IMG/VR virus record: IMGVR_UViG_3300020044_004894 | Location: 1-31,006 of that record | DNA: 31,006 bases | Strand: one strand, 5' to 3' | From: a virus | Lineage: Duplodnaviria > Caudoviricetes | Shown: piece by piece, positions 18,200-26,543 of the stretch | Layout of the letters: each line of letters starts with the position of its first letter | Position numbering within the stretch: the stretch's first letter is position 1 | Position numbers and translations under genes: made by a program | The notes under the pieces: model-generated | Told to the model about the DNA's origin: nothing | Databases searched by the model: none | Seen by the model: the letters and a program-made list of their open reading frames with translations, nothing else

Positions 18200-18602
18200 T
18201 TATTTAATATTGTCTTTTTGCTTATTATTTGCGCCAATTAAAGGACTTTTGATTGCGGTCGGAATGGCGATTGCATTGGATACGATATTCGGTATTTTCA
18301 AAGCGATAAAAATCAAAGAGGAAATTACATCGCGACGAATGTCAAATATTGTTTCAAAGTTTGTTCTATATGAAGCGTCAATATTATTGTTATTTGTAAT
18401 TGACAAATTTTTACTTGGTGAATTTTTTAAATTGTGGTTTCAAATAGAGCATTTTTTTACAAAAGTTGTAAGTATAATTTTGATATTTATTGAAATGACT
18501 TCAATCAAAGAAAATTTCGAACGTGCTTTTAATATTGATATTTGGCAATTGCTTAAAAAAACAATTCAACGCGCAAAATATATAAAAAATGAAATTGAAT
18601 AG
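18183..18602 (+). CDS. Holin
   Basis: Three hydrophobic segments, D...G..KA...ITS and E..SI.EN motifs, basic C-terminus; upstream of the endolysin. Confidence 0.85.
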   Translation: MKSIINYLILSFCLLFAPIKGLLIAVGMAIALDTIFGIFKAIKIKEEITSRRMSNIVSKFVLYEASILLLFVIDKFLLGEFFKLWFQIEHFFTKVVSIILIFIEMTSIKENFERAFNIDIWQLLKKTIQRAKYIKNEIE

Positions 18603-19038
18603 TGACGGCTATAAACTTATAACAAAGCACGAGGGCCTTTCGTTGAAACCTTACCTTTGTCCGGCGAGAATTCCAACAATTGGATATGGTAATACGTATT
18701 ACCAGGACGGAAAAAGAGTCACTTTATTAGATAATCCAATTACAAAGGACCAAGCGTTTGAAATGTTTAAGGAAATTGCTGACAGATTCGCAAAAGCCGT
18801 TTCGCAAAGCGTAACCGCTGAAATCAATCAAAACCAATTCAATGCGTTGGTTTCATTTGCTTACAATGTTGGTGTTGCAAATCTTAAAAAGTCAACATTG
18901 TTGAAGTTAGTAAATGCAAATCCAAACAATCCACAAATCAAAACTGAATTTTTAAAATGGACCAAGGCAAACGGCGTTTTGTTGAATGGTTTACTAAAAA
19001 GACGAAATGACGAATCTAACGTTTATTTTAAAGTATAG
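18589..19038 (+). CDS. Endolysin, GH24 phage lysozyme
   Basis: E15-x8-C24-x5-T30 catalytic triad (Cys variant), TIGYG, ALVSFAYNVG and GL.KRR..E. Confidence 0.95.
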   Translation: MKLNSDGYKLITKHEGLSLKPYLCPARIPTIGYGNTYYQDGKRVTLLDNPITKDQAFEMFKEIADRFAKAVSQSVTAEINQNQFNALVSFAYNVGVANLKKSTLLKLVNANPNNPQIKTEFLKWTKANGVLLNGLLKRRNDESNVYFKV

Positions 19039-19279
19039 AGACGCGATTTATATTCTCGTGATACTTTTATTAATTTTATTTAGAAGTAACGAGAAAACGC
19101 AAAAAAACGACATAATTCAACACGAAAACAAAGTTGATTCAATTCAATTTGAAATAAAACAAGCAAAACAACAAATTCCGGATTATGAAAAAACAAATTT
19201 GGATTCTATTAATAATAATAAGCCTAACGAATTGGAATTGTTTTTCGCAAAACGATACAATCATAAAAATTCCAATTGA
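19007..19279 (+). CDS. Putative inner-membrane spanin
   Basis: Single N-terminal TM helix then a coiled-coil segment; follows the endolysin. Confidence 0.55.
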   Translation: MTNLTFILKYRDAIYILVILLLILFRSNEKTQKNDIIQHENKVDSIQFEIKQAKQQIPDYEKTNLDSINNNKPNELELFFAKRYNHKNSN

Positions 19280-19604
19280 TTTTGCGCGTAATGTTGTCAA
19301 AGAACTGATTCAATTTGACATTTGCAAAGACCAAGTCAAAAAGCAAAATGATTTAATTGGTTTAATGGATTTAAAACAGACCGAGCAAAACGCAATAATT
19401 GAAAAACAACGCAAATTGTTGATTGACAAATTTAGATTTTCACAAAATATCGGTGCGTCTTATTTCTTAAACACTCCGTATTTATACACCAATTTAAATT
19501 TCGGAACTACAAAGACAATTTTTTCCGCACAAATGAACATTCCGTTCAATGATAAACCGCATTTCACTTTTAATTTTAGTTATAAATTATGGCAAAGCAA
19601 ATAA
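19185..19604 (+). CDS. Putative outer-membrane spanin-like protein
   Basis: Signal peptide, coiled coil and C-terminal amphipathic beta strands; overlaps the previous gene by 95 bp. Confidence 0.5.
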   Translation: MKKQIWILLIIISLTNWNCFSQNDTIIKIPIDFARNVVKELIQFDICKDQVKKQNDLIGLMDLKQTEQNAIIEKQRKLLIDKFRFSQNIGASYFLNTPYLYTNLNFGTTKTIFSAQMNIPFNDKPHFTFNFSYKLWQSK

Positions 19605-19708
19605 ATTCAAGCAATAAAATAGACAAACCGAAGAAAAAGCGTCCAGGAATTCACGCAAAATCAAAGACATCGAAATTAAAAAGTTCTAAACTTTATAAAA
19701 AGTTATAA
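19589..19708 (+). CDS. Highly basic 39-aa peptide (MAKQINSS...KKKRPGIHAKSKTSKLKSSKLYKKL)
   Basis: Manually translated; AAATTATG start context; closes the lysis cassette. Confidence 0.65.
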   Translation: MAKQINSSNKIDKPKKKRPGIHAKSKTSKLKSSKLYKKL

Positions 19709-19724
19709 TTTTTTTGTATATTTC
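19692..19724 (+). promoter_or_regulatory. Possible host-sigma promoter
   Basis: TTTA-N21-TATATTTC, near-match to TTTG/TAnnTTTG. Confidence 0.4.
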
Positions 19725-19741
19725 GACCATAAACCAAATTT

Positions 19742-20863
19742 ATGGAATCAAAAAACTATTACAATGATATTGATTTTTCAAAAAATCACTTGGAAAATTT
19801 AGAAATTATCATTAAAAAACACAATTTAAATTTATCGAAAATTGAAAAAGACACGTTTCGACGTGCTTTGAAACGAAAAATTGATTCAACCGGAATCGTT
19901 GATGCGTGTGACAACCTAAATATTGACGACGCAAACGTGAAACATTTGTGGATAAAAGACAAAAATTCGTCTTTATTCGTAAAAAATCCAAACTATATTG
20001 AGGCCGAAAAACAAGAATTCGAACAATTGTCGAGTGCTTTGATTTCGGATTTACAACAATATGCACCGGCATTCCCTAAAATCGAGCGTGAATATATTGT
20101 CGACGGACATTGTTTGGTATTGTCACCGGCGGACGTTCACATTGGGAAACTTTGCAACGAGTGGGAAACCGGCGAAAAATACAATTCAAGCATTGCAATT
20201 CAAAGAACATTGGACGGAGTGCGTGGAATTTTAGACAAATCGTCCGGATTCAATATTGATAAAATTGTTTTCATTGGCGGAAACGATATTTTGCACATTG
20301 ACAACCCAAAAAGAACAACAACGAGCGGAACACCACAAGACACGGACGGAATGTGGTATGAAAATTTTATGTTGGCAAAACAATTATATGTTGACGTTTT
20401 ACAAACATTGATTTCAATTGCCGACGTTCACTTTGTTTTCAATCCGTCAAATCACGATTATACAAATGGCTTTTTCCTGGCGCAAGTTATTGAAACCTAT
20501 TTCAAATATTGCGAGAATATTACGTTTGATATTTCAATATCACACCGAAAATATTATAAATATTACGATAATTTAATCGGATCAACACACGGCGACGGCG
20601 CACGATTGGAAAACTTGCCTTTGTTAATGGCTTCGGAATCTAAAAATTGGACCGATTGCAAACATCGTTATATATATACGCACCACGTACACCACAAAAT
20701 CGCAAAAGATTATATCGGTTGTACGATTGAAAGTTTACGTTCACCAAGTGGTGCAGATTCCTGGCACCACATAAAAGGCTATCAGCACGCACCAAAGGCA
20801 ATCGAAGGATTTATCCACCACAAAGAATTCGGACAAATTGCGCGATTGACGCATATCTTTTAA
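19742..20863 (+). CDS. Calcineurin-like metallophosphoesterase
   Basis: Five motifs: DVHIG, GNDILH, SNHD, THGD and HVHH. Confidence 0.85.
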   Translation: MESKNYYNDIDFSKNHLENLEIIIKKHNLNLSKIEKDTFRRALKRKIDSTGIVDACDNLNIDDANVKHLWIKDKNSSLFVKNPNYIEAEKQEFEQLSSALISDLQQYAPAFPKIEREYIVDGHCLVLSPADVHIGKLCNEWETGEKYNSSIAIQRTLDGVRGILDKSSGFNIDKIVFIGGNDILHIDNPKRTTTSGTPQDTDGMWYENFMLAKQLYVDVLQTLISIADVHFVFNPSNHDYTNGFFLAQVIETYFKYCENITFDISISHRKYYKYYDNLIGSTHGDGARLENLPLLMASESKNWTDCKHRYIYTHHVHHKIAKDYIGCTIESLRSPSGADSWHHIKGYQHAPKAIEGFIHHKEFGQIARLTHIF

Positions 20864-20869
20864 ACTTCT

Positions 20870-20891
20870 CTTATTTAGAATCTTTATAAAT
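20870..20891. promoter_or_regulatory. Second Fur-box-like operator
   Basis: CTTATTTAGAATCTTTATAAAT; left 12 bp identical to 3798-3809. Confidence 0.65.
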
Positions 20892-20924
20892 TAACGATAT
20901 TTCGCAACTTTTTTAATAATAAAT

Positions 20925-20954
20925 TTTGTATTAATAAAAAAAGTATTAATTTTA
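20925..20954 (+). promoter_or_regulatory. Putative early promoter
   Basis: TTTG-N18-TAATTTTA upstream of the first small early gene. Confidence 0.5.
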
Positions 20955-20985
20955 CCACATCAAACAACAACAAATATTTAAAATT

Positions 20986-21180
20986 ATGGAAACTAAAAAC
21001 TTTATTAAAGCGGAATTAAAAAGAAGAGAAGATTTAATCAATGATATTGATTTTAGAAAAATTTGCGCTAAACACGCCGAAAAAATTGGTATTACTGCAA
21101 ACGAATGGAATCAAAATAAAATGTTATTATTAATGTTCTTTGCAAATCAATTTTGTAAAATAGAAAATAAAGCGGTGTAA
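20986..21180 (+). CDS. Early hypothetical protein, 64 aa
   Basis: A-rich leader, AAATTATG start. Confidence 0.7.
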   Translation: METKNFIKAELKRREDLINDIDFRKICAKHAEKIGITANEWNQNKMLLLMFFANQFCKIENKAV

Positions 21181-21191
21181 TATCCGCTTTT
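21169..21191 (+). terminator. Hairpin / weak terminator
   Basis: AAAGCGG...CCGCTTTT spanning the stop codon. Confidence 0.5.
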
Positions 21192-21213
21192 AAACTTTAA
21201 AAAAAAAACAATT

Positions 21214-21405
21214 ATGGAAACACTATTAAAAAGATTAAAACCGGAATTCAAATTGCAATTAGAAACAATGGAACATTCTCAAAATGCAATTGACATTTTG
21301 GATTCTTATACTTCCTGGACCAAATTAGAATTTCAACACGCAATCAAATTAATGATTTATTTTAATTTGTCGTCACTTGACAAAGTAGTATTTTTATTTG
21401 AATAA
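21214..21405 (+). CDS. Early hypothetical protein, 63 aa
   Basis: A-rich leader, in operon. Confidence 0.7.
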   Translation: METLLKRLKPEFKLQLETMEHSQNAIDILDSYTSWTKLEFQHAIKLMIYFNLSSLDKVVFLFE

Positions 21406-21419
21406 TTAAAAAACCAATT

Positions 21420-21545
21420 ATGAAATCAACAATAGCAATTTTAGTTTTAGGAACAATCGGAATGCACACCAGCAACTTACTTTTATCTTTTGCATTGTGT
21501 GTTGTATGTTTAATTATAATTTTAAAATCAAACAAAAATGAGTAA
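21420..21545 (+). CDS. Small membrane protein, 41 aa
   Basis: Manually translated MKSTIAILVLGTIG...FALCVVCLIIILKSNKNE; two hydrophobic stretches. Confidence 0.65.
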   Translation: MKSTIAILVLGTIGMHTSNLLLSFALCVVCLIIILKSNKNE

Positions 21546-21972
21546 ACAACTATTTGAATTAATGAGGGAACAAGAATCGTTCCCGGTTAACTTTGGAAAA
21601 CGTGATTACATATCACGAGGAAAAGAAATCGTCACGTCAGTTCTTGACAACGGCGAAATTGACAAAATCGAATTTTGGACCAAGGTTGCAAAGATTAAAG
21701 AAACAATCAACGCAATGGATTCACAATTGAGGGAATCAATTCAACTTACTGAAAAGATTATTTCAAACGGAGTTGAGTTCAACCCAACAAATGGAGGTAA
21801 TTCAATAAATTACGAAGAGGACGAAATCTATTGTCAATTAAAAAAAGAATTAAAAGAACGCGAAGAACTTTTGAAAATAGCGCAAAAATCAACTATTTTT
21901 GACGCATACGGAAACGAAGTTCCAAGAGTTGGAACAACACCAAGAAAATCAAGTATAACAATTAAATTTTAA
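21538..21972 (+). CDS. Hypothetical protein in the recombination/replication block
   Basis: 144 aa with coiled-coil segments. Confidence 0.75.
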   Translation: MSKQLFELMREQESFPVNFGKRDYISRGKEIVTSVLDNGEIDKIEFWTKVAKIKETINAMDSQLRESIQLTEKIISNGVEFNPTNGGNSINYEEDEIYCQLKKELKEREELLKIAQKSTIFDAYGNEVPRVGTTPRKSSITIKF

Positions 21973-21977
21973 ACAAA

Positions 21978-22646
21978 ATGAGTAGAAAATCAGAATTTCA
22001 AACAACAAGTTCAAATCCAACAACAAAATATTTTGAATGGAAATCGGACGACAAATGTTTTGCGTATTACGACAAAGACAAAAAAGAAAATGTAAAAATC
22101 GAATTGCCTTTTAAATTCCTTACACTTATGGAATTCCACACAATTAAAGGTTGGAACGACAAAAATCAATCCGGAGTTTATTCGAACGAAGTCAAATCAA
22201 TTGGAAATGACGAATTGAATATTCGTTTGTTCAAAGGAAATCAAAGCGTCAAAGGTATCTACAAAGATATTAAGGAACAAATTGTTTCTTTGGGAGGACA
22301 TTATACAAAATCTATTTATGTAATGTTACAAGACGGAACAATTGCAAATATTAATATTAAAGGGAGTGGCGTTCAATCCTGGGGCGATTTTACACAAAAA
22401 ACAAGGTCACGTTTGTCGGACGAATGGATTGAAGTTGCAAACGCAATTGAATTAAAAAAAGGAAAAGTAAATTATTCAATTCCGGAATTTAAATTTGCAA
22501 CGTCTTTGAATGACAAAGAATCGACTTTGGCGGATCACGCTTATAATGAATTGAAATCATACATTGACGGATATTTAGCAAAGCAAATTGACGTTGTTGA
22601 CGAGGAAATCGTGACAGACGAAAACGACATTTCCGATTTATTTTAA
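21978..22646 (+). CDS. Putative ssDNA-binding protein
   Basis: Aromatic, beta-rich core and acidic tail ending DENDISDLF. Confidence 0.55.
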   Translation: MSRKSEFQTTSSNPTTKYFEWKSDDKCFAYYDKDKKENVKIELPFKFLTLMEFHTIKGWNDKNQSGVYSNEVKSIGNDELNIRLFKGNQSVKGIYKDIKEQIVSLGGHYTKSIYVMLQDGTIANINIKGSGVQSWGDFTQKTRSRLSDEWIEVANAIELKKGKVNYSIPEFKFATSLNDKESTLADHAYNELKSYIDGYLAKQIDVVDEEIVTDENDISDLF

Positions 22647-22702
22647 TAAAATTACCTTATTGGTGGCAAAGGTTAAACCAATATTTTAAAAATCAAACAA
22701 AA

Positions 22703-23149
22703 ATGGAATTACAAGAACAAGTCATTAACCACATCGAACAATTGACCGGAATCAATATCAACACAAAATCACGCAAACGCCACATTGTTGAATTAAAATG
22801 CGTTTATTCTCGAATTTTACGCGACAAATATATTTCTTTTCAAGCAATCGGAAAATCTATTGGCCTGGGACATTGTTCAATCATTCATTTAAATAAACTT
22901 TATGACATTGTAAAAAATGACAAATTGATTGACATTGAAAAAAAGGTTAAATTAATGCTTAAAGTATTGACAATTGAACAAATTGAAAAATTAATTGAAG
23001 AGGAAACAAAAAAAGAAGAGCAACAAATTTCACCATTTTTCGAAAATTTGATTCAACTTGCAAACGACAATCCGGATTTTATGTTTAAATTAGAGGCCTT
23101 TTATAATTTTAACCAAAAAATATTTAAAAATGAATCAAAAAATTTATAA
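22703..23149 (+). CDS. DnaA C-terminal (domain IV)-like HTH protein
   Basis: KSRKRHIV...SFQAIGKSIGLGHCSIIH resembles the DnaA basic loop and the IG...DHTTV.H helix. Confidence 0.7.
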   Translation: MELQEQVINHIEQLTGININTKSRKRHIVELKCVYSRILRDKYISFQAIGKSIGLGHCSIIHLNKLYDIVKNDKLIDIEKKVKLMLKVLTIEQIEKLIEEETKKEEQQISPFFENLIQLANDNPDFMFKLEAFYNFNQKIFKNESKNL

Positions 23150-23330
23150 GTCAATACCGGCGCATATTCGAAAACGAGCAATTGACAAACTACAAAAGAA
23201 ACCACAAACAATTTACAACGCGATTTTTTATCAACTTGGAAACTTACCGAACAATTTTAATGAAACAATCAAAAATGAAATCAACAATGAAATCAACAAC
23301 CTCAAACAATTGCAATCAAAAATCAGTTAA
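23130..23330 (+). CDS. Hypothetical protein (possible HTH)
   Basis: Overlapping operon ORF. Confidence 0.55.
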   Translation: MNQKIYKSIPAHIRKRAIDKLQKKPQTIYNAIFYQLGNLPNNFNETIKNEINNEINNLKQLQSKIS

Positions 23331-23478
23331 CGACGAAGTTCAAAACTTCTATAATTGGCTTTTAAAAACTAAAAATGTTTTTTTATATGACAACGAACGA
23401 ATTGTCAACGCATTTGAAATCGTGACGCAAAGTCACAAAACCTTTATGAGCGTCCCAATTCGAAAACAAATTTTTTAA
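23260..23478 (+). CDS. Hypothetical protein
   Basis: ORF with ATG options at 23260, 23275 and 23287; the 3' end carries an iteron arm. Confidence 0.45.
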   Translation: MKQSKMKSTMKSTTSNNCNQKSVNDEVQNFYNWLLKTKNVFLYDNERIVNAFEIVTQSHKTFMSVPIRKQIF

Positions 23479-23524
23479 TCCGGTTGAAAAATCGAAAAAT
23501 TTGCGTCTTTGCGTCTAATATAAA
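23421..23524. repeat. Second iteron element
   Basis: CGTGACGCAAAGTCACAAA left arm; right arm 23494-23524 is 29/31 identical to 3521-3551. Confidence 0.8.
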
Positions 23525-23545
23525 AAATATTAAAAATGAATAATT

Positions 23546-24178
23546 ATGAAAACAAAAATTGAAATTAAAAGTATATTTGGGGATTTATTATTTGAATATG
23601 AATCAGAAAATGCAACTATAAAAGAAGCAGTTGAAAAAGCTATAAAAGAAAAAGTTTCTTTAAAGTATGCCAACTTGGAATTAGCCAACTTGCGTTCAGC
23701 CGAATTGTATTCAGCCGACTTGCGTTCTGCCAACTTGTATTCAGCCAACTTGGAATTAGCCAACTTGCGTTCAGCCGACTTGCGTTCTGCCAACTTGTAT
23801 TCAGCCAACTTGTATTCAGCCAACTTGGAATTAGCCAACTTGCGTTCAGCCGACTTGCGTTCTGCCAACTTGTATTCAGCCAACTTGTATTCAGCCGACT
23901 TGCGTTCTGCCAACTTGTATTCAGCCAACTTGGAATTAGCCAACTTGGAATTAGCCGAAAATAAACAAGAAGCTTATTTACCTATTTTTTGTAAATGGTC
24001 GCATTCATATTTAGGTGAAAAAATACAAATTGGTTGTAAATTAAAAACAATTGATGAGTGGGATTTATTTTTTAATAGTAATGAGATTTATTCAACCGAA
24101 AGAAATACCGAAGATTTTAAACAAATACAAGCCGTTTTTGAGTCTTACAAAGCGTATTTAAATTTTTTAAATAAATAA
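23546..24178 (+). CDS. Pentapeptide repeat protein
   Basis: 19 A(N/D/E)Lxx repeats; C-terminal IQIGC...W domain. Confidence 0.92.
   Translation: MKTKIEIKSIFGDLLFEYESENATIKEAVEKAIKEKVSLKYANLELANLRSAELYSADLRSANLYSANLELANLRSADLRSANLYSANLYSANLELANLRSADLRSANLYSANLYSADLRSANLYSANLELANLELAENKQEAYLPIFCKWSHSYLGEKIQIGCKLKTIDEWDLFFNSNEIYSTERNTEDFKQIQAVFESYKAYLNFLNK
23669..23953 (+). repeat. 15-bp tandem array, 19 units of five types
   Basis: GCC(A/G)A(C/A)TTGnnnnnn units. Confidence 0.95.
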
Positions 24179-24179
24179 A

Positions 24180-26540
24180 ATGAATATATCAGTATTTAAA
24201 AGCCTATACAAATCCGACGACGTGCCGTTCGAAGTTGACGTTTTAAAAGTTTTAGCACGAATCAAAAACGGAACGTCAAAAGATAAAATTTTAAAAATTC
24301 GCAAAATGAACGATTGCGAGGAAAAAAAGAATCTAAAAAATTCTTTGCTTTCAATTCTATTCAATGGAACGTTTTCAGCACGAAACGACAATTCATTGAT
24401 TGAACACTCCGGACTTTGCATTTTGGACTTTGATAAATATGAATCAATCGAAAAACAAAACCAGGAACGTGAAAAATTAATGAATTGCGAATTTGTGTTT
24501 TCGGTTTTTGAGTCACCAAGTGGAAACGGACTAAAAGCGTTGATTAGAATTCCACAATGCGACAAAGAAACACACAAACGTTATTTCAAATCATTTGGCG
24601 AATTTATAGAATCGGATTATTTTGATTTTAAGAATTCAAATTTGAGTCGTGTTTGTTTCGAGTCATACGATCCAAATCTTTACATAAACGAAAATGCAAT
24701 TGTTTGGGACAAATTAACCGAAGAGGAGGGACATTCAGTTTTTGAACGAAATCCAATTTTGCCGTTGACAAACGAAGACGAAATAATTCGTCGTTTACTT
24801 AAATGGTGGGACAACAAATTCGGCTATAAACAAGGCGAAAGAAACAACAATCTTTTTATTTTGGCAAATGCTTTATGTGAATTTGGAATTAGCCAGGATT
24901 ACGCCTTTAATTATGTTTTGGCGAATGTTGTTTTTAGTGACTTTTCCGAAAACGAATTGTTGACTTTATTCAAATCGGCATATAAACGAGCAACGTTCAA
25001 TTCAAAGTATTTCGAAGACGTTAACAAAATCGACAGAATCAAACAAAATTTGTCAAAAGGAATTCCAAAAAAAGACATTGCGAATTTGCTAAAAATTGAC
25101 GAAACAATTATTGACGAAGTAAAAGAAATAAACGACGACGACGATTTTTGGAATAAATTCGAGGATAAAAAGGGAAACGTAACAATCAAAATTGATTCGT
25201 TGAAATATAAATATTGGTTGGAGCGAAAAGGATTTAAAAAATACTATCCGGAATCGGCAACAAATCCGACATTTGTACACATAAAATCAAACAAGGTAAC
25301 GCAATCGAGCGTCGATATAATCAAAGACATTGTTTTGAAATTCTTATTGGACCGAAACGAAATTGACGTTTTCAATTTTTGTTCAAAATCGGCGCAATTG
25401 TTTTCGGATTATTATTTGACAATGTTGGAGTCAATCGATTTAAAAATGATAAAAGATTCCAGGAACGAGGCATTCATTCCGTTTCAAAATGGTGTTGTAA
25501 AAATCACAAAAAACAAAGTTGATTTGATTGACTTTATTGACGTGGACGGCTACATTTGGGAAAATCAAATAATTAACCGCGATTTTGTAAAGTCGGACGA
25601 TATTGAAAACGATTTCAAAAATATGGTTGCAAAGGTTTCGGCGGACGATTCAAAACGAATCAATGCGTTAGAACACACACTTGGATATTTGATTCATTCG
25701 TTCAAAGATAAAACGGACCAAAAAGCGATTATAATAAACGACCAAGAAATTGACGACAATCCAAACGGCGGGTCCGGTAAAAGTTTAATGATTTCGGCAT
25801 TGTCGAATTTTAAAAAAGTTGTAAAAATTGACGGAAAATCTTTTGACTCAAAAAAGGGCGATTTCGTTTATCAACGTGTAACGCTTGACACTCAAATTTT
25901 AGCCTTTGACGACGTTAAGAAAAACTTTGATTTTGAACAATTGTTTTCAATTATCACCGAGGGAATTGCAATCAATCGAAAAAACAAAGACGAGGTGTTT
26001 ATACCTTTTGAACGTTCACCTAAAATAATAATTACAACAAATTATGTAATTAACGGAAGTGGAACATCACACGACAGACGAAGACACGAAATTGAATTTT
26101 TCCAATACTTCAACGGAAAACGAAATCCGTTGACTGAATACGGCCGTCTTTTATTTGATTCCTGGGAGGCAATCGATTGGATTAAGTTTGACAATTATAT
26201 GATTGCAAATTTGCAAAAGTTTTTGAAAAACGGACTTGTTGAATCAGTTTCAATCAATGCCGATATTAAACGATTAATTCAATCAACAAATAAGGATTTT
26301 TATGATTGGGTAACGGACGGAAATTTGCCGGAAAATATTAGAGTTTACAATACGGAAATAATGGCTAAATTTACAACCGAATATAAAAATTATAATTTAA
26401 TGAATTCGAAAACGTTTTTGAAGTGGATCAACGAATATTGTAAATTTAACGATTACGAAATTACAAAAGACAAAGACCACGTCGGACGATATTTCCAAAT
26501 AATAACAAATAACAAAGAGGACGACGAAGTTCCATTTTAA
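24180..26540 (+). CDS. Primase-polymerase/helicase: BT4734/VirE-N AEP domain, PriCT-like domain and SF3 helicase
   Basis: GLCILDFD, SPSGNGLK, SRVCFESYDP; GERNNNLF; Walker A GGSGKS, Walker B AFDD, IIITTN. Confidence 0.88.
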   Translation: MNISVFKSLYKSDDVPFEVDVLKVLARIKNGTSKDKILKIRKMNDCEEKKNLKNSLLSILFNGTFSARNDNSLIEHSGLCILDFDKYESIEKQNQEREKLMNCEFVFSVFESPSGNGLKALIRIPQCDKETHKRYFKSFGEFIESDYFDFKNSNLSRVCFESYDPNLYINENAIVWDKLTEEEGHSVFERNPILPLTNEDEIIRRLLKWWDNKFGYKQGERNNNLFILANALCEFGISQDYAFNYVLANVVFSDFSENELLTLFKSAYKRATFNSKYFEDVNKIDRIKQNLSKGIPKKDIANLLKIDETIIDEVKEINDDDDFWNKFEDKKGNVTIKIDSLKYKYWLERKGFKKYYPESATNPTFVHIKSNKVTQSSVDIIKDIVLKFLLDRNEIDVFNFCSKSAQLFSDYYLTMLESIDLKMIKDSRNEAFIPFQNGVVKITKNKVDLIDFIDVDGYIWENQIINRDFVKSDDIENDFKNMVAKVSADDSKRINALEHTLGYLIHSFKDKTDQKAIIINDQEIDDNPNGGSGKSLMISALSNFKKVVKIDGKSFDSKKGDFVYQRVTLDTQILAFDDVKKNFDFEQLFSIITEGIAINRKNKDEVFIPFERSPKIIITTNYVINGSGTSHDRRRHEIEFFQYFNGKRNPLTEYGRLLFDSWEAIDWIKFDNYMIANLQKFLKNGLVESVSINADIKRLIQSTNKDFYDWVTDGNLPENIRVYNTEIMAKFTTEYKNYNLMNSKTFLKWINEYCKFNDYEITKDKDHVGRYFQIITNNKEDDEVPF

Positions 26541-26543
26541 AAA

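Noticed and set aside
23274-23297. 12-bp tandem AATGAAATCAAC
   Set aside because: Short coding duplication (NEIN twice)
23530-23943. 137-aa reverse-strand repetitive ORF
   Set aside because: Antisense shadow of the stop-free 15-bp array; opposes the operon direction
23669-23953. CRISPR-like array
   Set aside because: Contiguous coding repeats with no unique spacers; no cas genes
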